A DNA stretch of 64,000 bases, from assembly GCA_965112735.1 (NCBI GenBank), contig OZ218956.1, positions 3,844,001-3,908,000 on the forward strand, given 5' to 3'. This document shows, one piece after another, positions 49,601 through 61,100 of the stretch. This stretch comes from Phaeosaccion multiseriatum (taxonomy: Eukaryota; Protista; Ochrophyta, other classes). Below the pieces are notes generated by a model, which worked only from the letters and a program-made list of their open reading frames with translations, was not told where the DNA came from and ran no database searches. Position numbers and translations under genes: made by a program. The number at the start of each line of letters is the position of its first letter. The first letter of the stretch is position 1.

Positions 49601-49954
49601 CTCAGCTGCGGATGCGCATGCATGGACGACGAACAGACCTTCCTCGTCCAACTAAGGCAGAGAGAGCTGGAGAAGGGGGCCAGCGGGCAGAGGAAGAAGA
49701 AGGAGCATGACGAGCGCCAGGGGCAGGGGCAGGGGCAGGAGGGGCAGGAGCAGCGCACCGAGCGTGAGCTCAAGCAGCACAAGCGGGTTTCACAGCTGAC
49801 ACAGAGGCTGTCGGCGGAGACGCGCGGAGGGGCGGGCCTTCCGAGTAGAGGGGGCAGGGAAGAGGAAGAGGAGGGGGGCGGCGCGAGGACGCTCGTGAGC
49901 GCGGGTCTGTGGCAAAGGCAAAGGTCTGCTCAGAAAGTACATGACGCTGAATGA
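39708..49954 (+). CDS. WDR59: GATOR2/SEACAT subunit WDR59 (Sea3/Mtc5-like): WD40, RWD and C-terminal zinc finger/RING
   Basis: N-terminal WD40 exons (VWDVRAP; LWDARK; AQFTPFG); RWD (LRVHVLFPSSYP..SPVFTF); IPCPRLFGASFS; GDLQMLATIVCV; YAELLLSWG; CHRC..CSTC..FRCSVCHLCVRG..CTKCGHGGH..EWF..CPTG|CGCAC. Confidence 0.85.
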
Positions 49955-50143
49955 TTCAATAAAGGGAAGGAGGGGCCAGCGACGGCAGAGCACCCAAATA
50001 GAGGAACAGAAATGAATGGGTCCTTCACCACCGCGGCCCTGCCCGTGGGGCACTTGCCTGCCCTCGGTTAGCCCTTGACCATGGCCCTTGACCATGGGTT
50101 TTGTGCGCACACTTCTCGTGGTAGGGCCTGTGGCCGCAGGGCA

Positions 50144-51933
50144 GCAGCACCACTGGCTGGCTCGAGATGCCTCGCTCCCATAAGCTCTAATATACACCTT
50201 TGCATAGCGTAAAGAGGACGCAGTCCTACTCGTGTATCACCAACTGCCACGGCGCACCGGCTCCGGCCCCTTGCGCTCCCCCTCGCCCTCCCCGAGTGCC
50301 GCCCCTAGCTGCTCCTGTACCACCGACTGCTGCGGCGCCGGCTCCGACCCCTTGCTCTCCTCCACTCCCTCGTCGTCCCTTCCCCCGAGCGCCTCCAAGG
50401 CCAGGGCGGGGGGCATGGCGAGCAAGGTCTTGCGCAGCTCAGAGAAGGTGGGGCGGTGTTCGGCCTTGTCTGCCCAGCAGCGCTGCATCACTTGGCAGTA
50501 AACGGCCTCCGGGCAGCCCTCCGGCCTCTTGAGACGGAGGCCTTGCGCACACACCCGCGCGACCACCACCTCGTCGTCCAGGATGGTCAAGAATGGCTTT
50601 AGCCCGTATGTCCACAACTCCCACAGCATCACCCCAAACGCCCACACATCGGACTTCTCGCTCAACTTGTCCCTTTGGAGGGCCTCCTTGGACAGCCAGC
50701 GCACGTACCGAGGTAGGGAGGAAGCGAAGTAGCCCGTGACCTTGACGAGCACCTTCGCAGGGTCGTTTGCGTCCCAGCCGTACACGAGTACACTCCGTGC
50801 AGCGAGACTGCCGTGCACCAGCCCCTCATTGGCCAAGTGCTCCATGCCCTTCCGCACCTGCAGCGCCACCTCCAGCAGCACCTCGTCTGCGGCGCATTCG
50901 TCTCGCTCCTCCATCTCCTGCAGCACCGCCAAGAGCGAACCGTGCGGCGCCGGCTCATGCACTAAGTACACTCCTTCGCTCACCTCGCTCCCCTCGCAAC
51001 GGTCATCTCGTCGCACGTGCATCTTCCCCAGCAGCGACACCAAGTGCTTGTTGCGACCGAGCCGTAGCAGCGCCTCCTCCGACCGGAGCTCGGCTTTGAG
51101 GGGCACGGCGACCACGCTCACGTCGCGACCCTCCCACCTTGCTCGGTACTCGTGCTGCTGCCCCCCGTCGAGGGCCAATGCTCCTCCTCCTCCTCTCACT
51201 GCCTGCATTGATGGACACAGCTGTTGCGGCGAAACTGACGGCACAGTCGACGACTGACTGGGGCTGCTTTTGGTGCTGGAAGTCCTGGCGGCGGCTGGTG
51301 AGGGAGAGGGTGGAGGCACCGTCTCGCGTGGAGGGAGGGGGGGTGACAGGGTCACCGCGGACATTGCTGAAGACAGGTCAGTCTCTGATGGCCCTTCTTG
51401 GGGTACCCACGGAGACCCACTCAAAGACGCATGCGAGGGCGCTCGACTTGGCGGCTGCGCGGGTGAGATGCACTCCTTTGGCGGCGATGGTGACAGAGCT
51501 CGTGCCTCTCCTCCTCCTCCACCTTCGGTGCGTGTGGGTGTCGCCCTTGCTGCGGCTGCCGCTGGTGATGTTGCTGCAGCGTCGCCTCCTCCTCCACCCC
51601 CTTCGCCTCCTCCTTCGCCTCCTCTTTCGCCTCCTCCGTCGCCTCCTCCTCCTCCACCGGCTCCTGCTGCTGCTGCTACTGGACCCCTTTGGGATACCCA
51701 CGGAGACCCACTCGAGGGCTCTTGGGATTGTGCCTCCGCGGGTGAGGTCCACTCCTTTGGCGGCGATGGTGACAGAGCTCGTGCCTCTCCTCCTCCTCCT
51801 CCTCCTCCACCACCACCACCTTCGGTGCGTGTGGGTGTCGCCCTTGCTGCGGCTGCCGCTGGTGATATTGCTGCAGCGCCGCCTCCTCCTCCACCCCCTT
51901 CGCCTCCTCCTTCGCCTCCTCCTCCTCCACCGG

Positions 51934-51965
<32 letters not shown>

Positions 51966-54900
51966 ACTGGAGCCTGTTGGGATACCAACGGAGACCCACT
52001 CGAGGGCTCTTGGGGTTGCGTCTCTGCGCGTGATGGCCACTCCCTTGGCGGCGATAGTGACAGAGCTCGCGCCCCTCCGCCTCCTCCAAAGGTGCTTGCG
52101 GGTGTTGCTGCTGCTGCGGCTGCTGCTGGTGGCATTGTCGCTCCTTCTCCTCCTTCGCCTCCTCCTTCGCCTTCTCCTCCTCTGGCTCCTGCTGTTGCCG
52201 CTGCTGCCGGTACCGCTTCTGTTGCTGCTTCTTTCACAGCCGCTCCAGAGCTCGCTGGCCGTTTCTTCTTCTTCCGCTTGCGTCGCGAAGCCGCGGAGGG
52301 AGGCAGAGAGGAGGAGGGAGCGGGGACAGAGAGCGCAGGAGGTGGAGGCGTGGCCAGCGGGTGCAGCAGGCCGTAGTAGCCCATCACGGCAAGAAGCCGA
52401 CACAGCCCTGTCTGAGCTCGTGCGCCTGAAGGGCAGGGAAGGGAGATAGCAGACAGGGACGTGAGGGCATGCACGATTCATTCACAAAAGAAAAAGGCAC
52501 ATACATCAAGCGCCCGACCAGGCAACCCACTGCCTCTGCTTGCTAACCGAGGAAGACGCTCACCTCGCAGCAGCACCTCCGTGGCGTAGTGCCCTTCCCT
52601 GGCGGCCCCTTCCGCGGCAGCTGCGACGATTTTCGAATCTTCGCCGCACTCGCTCCTCTGGAGGAGATAGAAAACACCGTCCATTCTACCCTCCGCCGCA
52701 CTCCTGGCGAGTATCCGGTCCGTATTGCTCTTCAGCAGGCGGCCGTCGTGCTTCGACCTGCGCCGAGCTCCGAACGCCACCAGGACGTCCGCAACCTCAT
52801 TGTGAGCCGTGGTGTGAGTGTCCCCCGACACTGGTGACCCCGCCCCAATGGCTCGCTCGAGCGCTCCCATGTTCGAGTCGTCGCACAAGTTCGGATCCGC
52901 ACCTTGCTCCAGCAAGAGAGTGACCATGTCCATATCCTTGTTGAAAGCCGCGTGCATGAGAGGAGTCCTCCGCTTGAAATCACTGGCATCAATCACCGCT
53001 CCGCCGCGCAGAAGGGCGGCCGCAGTCTGTGTGAGTCCATTCGAAGCGGCCATATTCAACGCCGTGAACTTGATCTGGCACTGCCTCGCGAGAACATCAG
53101 CTCCCCTCTCCACCAAAAGCGCCACCATCTCCGCGGTGTTTGTTCCTTGGTCCCCTTTGCCCCTCTCCCCCATGCCCTTGGTGAACATCATGAGGACGTT
53201 TAGATCGGACCGCGTCTTGGCACGGATATCCGCCCCATGGTCGAGGAGGAGCCTGACCATATCGACACTGCTCCCTGCATACGCCGCGCCGAGCAGCGGT
53301 TCCACCCCATGAACATTTCGGGCATGAACGTTGGCCCCGCGCTGAAGCAAGAGCTCGGCAGCCTCCGGGGCGTCCTGTACCACCGCGTAGAAGAGCGGTG
53401 TGCACATGCTTTCATCCTGGGCCTCGATATCCGCTCCTTCATCGAGCAAGAAGCGAATCACGTCGCTGTGCCCGGCCCTCGATGCCGCATGGAGGGGAGT
53501 CCGATTCTCGAAGCCACGGACATGTACGTCTATTCCCCTCCCTCGGATACTTTTCACCATGCCACAGTGCCCGACAAAGGCTGCACAGTGCAATGCAGAA
53601 TCGCCTGCCTTGTCCTTGACGTGAAGATTGGCTCCGGCGTCCAGCAAGAACTCCACAATTTCCTCGTGACCCTGATCCAGAGCAACCAAGACTGGGGTGG
53701 CTCCCAAGTGACCTTGACCCAATCTGGCCTCCATATTCGCGCCGTGCACCTCCACCAGAAGTCTGACCAGCTCTAGATGCCCCTGATTGGCCGCAAGGAG
53801 CAGCGGTGTTCTCCCATCAGCAGCAGGGGCATTCACAACTGCGCCAGCCGAAACAAGAAGGTTCAACATGTCGACCTCTCCCCTACAAGCAGCAAACTGA
53901 AGGGCACTCACACCCGCTCCATCGAGTGTGTGTACATCCGCTCCGGCCTCCAGAAGAAGCTCCACAATCCCAGAGTCCCCATGCGCAGCAGCGAAATGGA
54001 GCGGTGTGGATTTGTTGGCATCGGAGGCATTGTTCACAGCCGCTCCCTTGGCCAACAGGAGTCTGACGGCCTCCAAGGGCCCGAAATTAGCAGCAAGATG
54101 CAGAGGATTCTGCTTGTCGCGGTCCTGCGCATGCACGTCCGCTCCGCCCTCCAACAGGAGCCTCGTGATCTCAGCATTGCCCATCTCAGCGGAGTAGTGC
54201 AACGCTGTTCGCTCGAAAGTCCCCCCACGGTCGCTCACAGAGGCCCCGCTCGCGAGTAGCAGCTGCACCACATCAGGGTGATCTCTAAGCGCAGCGCAGT
54301 GCAGCGGCGTGTGGTTGGCATCGTCCAAGATGTTCACGTCTGCACCGTACTCCAAAAGCAGTGAGCACGCGGCAAACAGTCCTCCCGAAGCGGCGATGCA
54401 GAGCGCGGGGCACGTTCCGGGGCCTCTGAAGTCGGCGCTGCCGGCGTCGTAGTCCAACAGGACCCTGGCCACCTCCAGGTTTTCATCCCCAATGGCCCAC
54501 TGCAAGTACGACAGCCCGTGGAGGGTCGTCCCGGTGAGAGTGGTGGGGTGTTGACTGAGGAGGGTCTCCGCCTCCTCTGCAGAGTTCTGCTTCTCAGCTG
54601 CGTCCTTCCCCAGTCCTCGACAATACAGCAGGAGCTCCAGCTGCTCCTGCGTTATGTCCAGCTCTACGGCCACGAGACACGAAGCAGGGAGAGCGTCAAA
54701 GAAGGAAGGAGAGAGACAAGGCTCTAGCACTAGAGGAGCAACACGTGGGATAGGAGGGTGTCAGCACTCTCAATGCTACTTTAACTCACCCATGTCCGCA
54801 TCCACTCGCTGCTCTTCCAGCTCTTCCCATGACTCCGTAGAGCCACCCAGAGGGAGCAGCTCCATAGCGTCAATGGTAGAGAAGCGCGGGAAGAGGGGGG

Positions 54901-55091
54901 GAGAAAAGGGTTCTCACGACAAGGCGCGAGTTGTGGGAGCTCCTGGATGAGCAGCGGCAGGCATCTCTCCTCTATCAGACGCCAGACAGCGACACGGACT
55001 TGCTGGAAGCGTTCGGAGCGGGGTGCGCAATCTCTTTGATAACAATGTATTTCTTGGCGCCTCCCTGGACTAACGAGCTGAACCTCAAACT
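50144..55091 (-). repeat. Right arm of the inverted segmental duplication (partner 9953-14602)
   Basis: Reverse-complement near-identity, plus one extra ~280-bp linker unit. Confidence 0.95.
50237..54865 (-). CDS. Ankyrin-repeat + tyrosine-kinase-like pseudokinase, intact copy (~1476 aa)
   Basis: Exons 54865-54790, 54729-52564 and 52425-50237 sum to 4431 nt in frame. More than 15 ankyrin repeats, a basic RRKRKKKKR patch, a repeat linker, and a kinase fold with HGSLAARS, VRWLSKE, SDVWAFGVMLWELWTYG, CW..RPTF. Confidence 0.85.
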
Positions 55092-55306
55092 GGCTCGGAG
55101 GGGGGACGACCTCACCCTTGTGTCTTTTTTCGTTTATAAAAATGCATTTATTTATTTATTTCAAAATCAAATCTCCACTCACTCCAATCTCTCTCTCTCC
55201 TCTCTCTGCGCCTCCCCTCCTTTCCTCTCCTGTCCTGTCCTCCTCTTCTGCCCTCTCCCCTTCCCCCCTCCTCCTCCTCTCTCCTCTCCTCTCCCGTTGT
55301 TCTCTC

Positions 55307-58090
55307 TTACTTAATCTCATCCCAGCCCTCCGCACTCCGCACCAGAAAGTCTGCATCCATGAGCGGCGCATTTCGAATGGCGTACTGCAGCTTGGCCCTG
55401 CACACCTCCTTACTCGAGTAGCGCGGCAAGGCCAGACTAAAGAAGCACGTCTGCGCAACAGGCAGGTAGTCGTCTGCCACATTACCCCCACTCCCATCTT
55501 CCTTCTGCCCCTTCTCTCCGCCCTTTCCCAAGGGGTTGGTGAGCTTGAAGTTCATGGTGAAGTCAGCGGCGCAGGTGGGGAGCCGGCTGCGGCCGGAGCA
55601 GAAGTTGACGAAGCGGCCCTTGTCGTCGGCGCTCATTTCTCGCAGCACCTCCCACAGGAACTGCACGTGTGGCTCGGAGGGGGACACTCCGTCCTCGTAC
55701 TCCGTGACTGGATGTGCATGGAGAGGGGTCACAAATGGCGGGGGGGAGCGGGGGCAGAGGCAGACAGAAGCAGAGACTTGAGACTTGAGGTTCCCTCTCC
55801 TTTCCACTGACTCGTGCACTTCCCGCCTTACCTTTCTGCAGCAGGTCCACATCCACGTCGATCTGTCCGCAGAAGAGTGCCTCGGCCTCCTCCGGCGTGA
55901 AGAGCGCCAGCAGCTCCACGGGCAGCGCCTGCGCCAGGCCCGAGTACAGCGCCTCGAGGCACCAGTTGCCGCCCGCCAGCCGCAGGTTGCGGACGGCGGG
56001 CACGAGAGACCCCGGGGGCTCCCGATGGAGCCGCCTGCCATGGGATTGGATGGTATGGGACAGGGAGAGGAGAGGAGAGGAGAGGAGAGGGGACAGCACA
56101 AGGGCAGTGAGGGAAAGGGGTCCTACTTCATGCCTTGAAACCATTGCTAAGCTAAGCTAACACACTAACCCACCAACCAAAAGCAAGTAAGGGGCAGGCC
56201 GCACAGTGGAGGGAGAGACAAGCACACAGATGAACTCACCCTCGGATCTCCGCCGCAGCCCGTGCGATGTCCGCATCCGCCGCGCTCTGCTCCTCCTCCA
56301 CCACATCCTCGAGAAGCTCGCGGGCCTCCTCCGCCTCCATGCGCCCCTTCTCCACGTCCGCGAGGCCCCTGTACAGCGCCGAGTCCACATCGTCTAACGC
56401 CCCGCCCTCGAGAGGCAGGCCCACCAGAGCTCGCCACGTCAGGCCCAGGGGCAGGGACAGGGGCACGTGTATCTTGTGCCTCCCCGCCACACCCAGCAAG
56501 CGGCCGAGGTGCCACAGCAAGAGGCGGCGCTGCTGCAAGCCCTCCTCCTCATCCCTGAGCTGCGGCGCGAAGACGAGTCTGTCCTGATTGCGGCCCGAAC
56601 GGTTCTTCCCGTTGGGACAGGGCAGCAGCAGCTCCAACAGCCCCGCCGGCTCCTCCGCCACCGCCGTCCCGAACACCGCTCTGTAGGGCCCTCCATGGTC
56701 GTCCACTCCCTCCCCCCTGAACTTGACGTAGAAGGCGCGCGCCTGCCCGGCGTCCTGCATGTGCACGAAGGACCTGCGCAGGCTGGCAGAGTCCAGCCCC
56801 GCGAGTTGGTGATACAACTGTCCGAACAGGCTGGCCTGCAGCTTGCCCTGGAAGGCCATGCCCTCCCCCTCGAGTGCCGCTGCCCGAGCCTTCATGCGGT
56901 TCAGCTCCACCTCGGGCAGAGCCTCGGGCCTCTCGTACTCGTCGGCGTTGGGGGCGGTGGCGGTGGTGGTCTCACGCAGCAGCAAGGCCCAATGCCGGGT
57001 CTTGGTCTGTGTGAGGAGCAGCCCCCGCAGAGAGGAAAGGGCCGCGCCCACCGACGAGAGCACCCCCAGAGGCACCGCAAGCTGCCCCAGCCCCAGGTGC
57101 ACGGCCCTCACGTCCGCGGAGGTGAGCGTGAGCGGCGACTCGGAAGCTCTCGCCAGGTCCACAGCGGGCAGGGCCATGGCCACGCTCCGGTTGAGCTCGA
57201 GCAGCAGCTGCAGACGGGCCGAGAGGGTCTGGCGAGAGAAGCCCGCCAGGGATGGCCATGACTGCGCGCCCCTGTGCAGCTCATCCTCCCCGATGTGCGC
57301 CACCCCTCCGGGCTCCCCCTTCCTGTTGCTGAGCGTGTTGGCGAGCCCCACAAGGGCCTCGTCAAGCGCCTGAGCGTCCTGACACCAGCCCGTGTCGCTA
57401 AAGAGCCGCTCCCAGTCCGCCTCGGAGGACGAGCGCAGCGGCGAGGAGGGCAAGGGGGGCAAGGAGGAGGTTGATGCCCCATATGCCTCTGCTGATGCCC
57501 CATATGCCTCTGCTGATGCCGAGGTCGAGAGGGGGGCCTCCACGCTGCTCCCACTCTCCTTGCTCTGCCCCTCCGTGTCCTTCTCCCCCTCCTCCTTGAC
57601 ATCCTCCTTGGGCCCCTCCTTGCTGTACTCCTTCAGCACCACCTGCGCGCTGTGCAGCGCCACCTCGAGGCTCTGCAGGGTCCAGTACCACGCCGCCTCG
57701 GAGTCCTCGCCTTGGCCCTGGCCGCCCTTGTGCCCCTCCTGCACCCACCAAACCATGCCCTTCCTGGTCCCGATGATGCGGCCCGACCCGTACGGCGTGG
57801 TGATGGGGTGTCCAACCTGCACCGCCGCGAAGGGCGCACACACCCGCCCCGCCACCTCTGTGAGCTTCTCCTGACTCACGTCCACGAGCACCTCGAGCCC
57901 CGCCCGACTGAGGAAGGGCTTGCTGTTGCTGCGCCTCCCCCTTCCCTCGAGGGCGGCCCTGGCCCTCCGCTTGACGGCTCTGCTGCAGTGGCGAGGCAGT
58001 CCGTCCAGGCCCAGGGCTTGGCAGCGCTTGGCGTGTTGAAGAGTCACCATCGCCTCCAGCATGTCGGCCTGATGTCATGACACGCACACA

Positions 58091-58121
<31 letters not shown>

Positions 58122-61100
58122 GCGCGCACAAGTCAAGACGACAGTGGGAGATTCAGGAGGAAGGAGGTAGGGGGCGCAACGTAGAGAAACACACGCGCAG
58201 GGGTCAGGGGTCAGGACGTGTATAGATACATGGGGTCAGGACATGGTCAGGACATAGGGGTCAGAGGGTCCAGGGGGTCCCAAGGAGAGCAAGCACCCCC
58301 CTTACCATGGCCCATGGCCGGCATGCTCCAAACAGTGCTGACTCAATCTTGATATCTGCATCAGTCTCTGCCCCTTTTCTTTGTATCTGCCTCAATCTCC
58401 TATCTCTCCCTCTCCCTCTCCCTCTCTTCCACTCTCTCTCTCTCTCTGCCCTACTCACTCACCATCTTGGCAGCGTGATGCCTCCCCCTCTGACTGAGCC
58501 ATCTCCCCCCATCCACGCTCATCTGATCGCCCGAGCTCTTCATTCCGAAGCACGGGTACAATGCCGCACCCAAAGAGGAAGTGCCCTCACGAGCCATACG
58601 CCTGCACGTAGAGGGATGGGACAGAGGGACAGAGCAGATGAGTCAAGAGGGAGAGAGAAGGACAGCAGGCAGTGCAGGCAGTTGGCTTCAATTCGAGACA
58701 CAGAAAACAAATCGCTGTACTCTCCCTCCTACGCGAACAAAAAGAAAGACCACCACAACTGGCGAGCACGTCCCCTACCTGAGGTGGTGATACGCGATGC
58801 CGAGCGGCGCCACGACGTGCCTGCCCACGCTAAAGTCCTCCCCGTCCAGGAGGAAGCTCAGCGTACCCCGGTCCATGTCCAGCAGCACGCCGACTCGGTC
58901 ACCCCCCTTGTAGTAGGCACCGTACATGGTTTCGCTGCCGTATGCCTGGCAGGCTCGGTAGTTCAAAAAGCCGTGGCCGCTCCAGCTGACGAAAGAGAGA
59001 AGGTAGAGAGGGGAGGAGAGGGAGAGGAAGATGAAGAAGAAGAAGAATTTAGAGTGCGCGAAGAACAGGGAGAGAGATAAGTCTAGTCCTGAGACGCCCT
59101 AGACAGAAGTAGTCGCGAACGACAACACGATGCTAAGAGAGGCAACACCAGATACACACAAGATACACACCGTTTATCCACCCTATACCCTGCCCATAAC
59201 ACATACGCCCTCACACGCTCTCACACGCCCTCACCTGCCCAGGGGGACGGCCCTCCCCTCTCTCGGCTTGGGGCTGACTCCGATGAACATGCTGCCCCAG
59301 TTGCACTGGTCCACGCGCACCTCCCAGTAGTGCACGCCCGACTTGAACCCGCGACTGCCGAGCACCATGGTGCGAGTCCCCCCGCTGCGACACGTGGCAG
59401 TGGCTAAGTCTGCGCTGAGGCGGATGCCGGGCCCTGCGTGCCTGCGGTTCATGAGGAAGAAGCACGAGGAGCAGGCCTCGAAGGTGCCCTTGACCGTCAC
59501 CTCCACAGCAGCGGCCTCCTCCTGCGCCTCCTGCGCCTCCTGCCGTCGCTCCATCTGCTGCCGCTTGCTCCTCCTGCTCCTCACCGCCGCCCTCCTCAAG
59601 GCCTCTGCCTGTCTGCTGCCATCCTCCTCTTCGGCGGGGCTCACGACCCTCCTCACGATGTGGTCCTTCTCCGAGATCCACCCCACGCAGTCCTCGGGCG
59701 CCGCAACCCTCAGCCGCATGGTGCCATCCTCCAGTCTCAGTCGCTCGCTCACAGACACGACGGTCCCGTTCGGAGCACCACCTCGCTCGGCCCCATCCAG
59801 CTCCGCGGTCTCACGCACCATGGCCCCTCCCGGGCACACGATCCTGTACTGGAGCGGCCTCTGCGGGCAGGGCACGTGCCTGAGCACCTCCACCACTTCC
59901 TCCTCCGCGCCGCCCCTGAGCCGTTGACTGATCCAGCCCAGGGGGGTGAGCAGCCGTGGAATGCCATCCGGAGTGAGCACGCGGGCCGTGGCGATGGTCT
60001 CTGTGCCCTTCGCCATATTGCCCACCACCTGTCACGACAAGTCAGTAAAATATCAGTCCGGGGCATTAGTCACAAGTTCGTGATATCAAAAGATCAGATA
60101 AGACAAGTTTTACCTCGGAGGCGTCTATGTCCACGCCGTCGCGGATGGTGGCGCCCTTGGAGAAGAGCACTCGGAAGGTCCAGTAAGGGGGGGTGGGCGA
60201 GGCGGAAGTAGAAGTAGAGGAAGGCTCCGCTGCAGCGCTGCCGGCGTCCTGCTCCTCGCCCTTCTTGACATCTTTCACCTCCTTGCCCTCCTTGCCCTCC
60301 TTGCCCTCCTCCTCCTCCTCTTTCCCGTCGCCGAGCCCCGTCTTGGACTCCGCCACGTCATCGCCGCCGCCCTGCTGCTGCTCCTCCTCCTTTCGCTGCT
60401 GCTGTATCACCAACTGCTCCTGTTTTGCCGCGAGGCGCCTGTACTTCTTCCTGCGGCTCCTCAGGCGGGCCGAGACATTCCCCCCCGTCAGGGGGCCACC
60501 TCCGCTGCCATCCTTCAAAGAAGCGGGGACATCACCCCCCTTCCTTGCGCCCTTGACGCCCTCTCCCTCCGCCTTGGGACTCGCACCACTCGCACCACTC
60601 GCACCAATGGATGCAGCGCCACTCTCTTGGCCCTCGACCTCTCCCTCCTCCCCCTTCGCCGGTGCGTCGGCAGCGGGGCTCACCCCGCCCTTAGCCTTGG
60701 CCTTGGCGTCTTTGCTCCGCCCTGCCCGCCCTGCCACCGCTGCCGCCTGCTTCTTTCGCCACTCCGTAAGGAGCGGCTCTGCCTCCTCGGGCGTGGCCTG
60801 CCTTGTCTTGTTGCCCTTGCTGAACATCCACACTTCCGCAGCGAGCTCCACCTCGTCGTCCTCCACCTCCCCTCCCTTCCTGCCGCTGTCCGCCTCCCCC
60901 TCTCCGCCCCCCTTTCTCCTCCCCGCGTCGTCTCCCCCCAGTCCGCAGATGCGCCTCCCCTGCTGGCCGCCCTTGCCGCTCCTATCCCCCCTGTCGCGGT
61001 CCTTCTTCTTCCTCTGCGGTATGAGGCGGTGGCCCTCCTTGGCCCCTTGCCCCCCCCGCCCTCCTCCCTCCTCCTCCTCCTCCTTGCCACTGCCGCTGTC

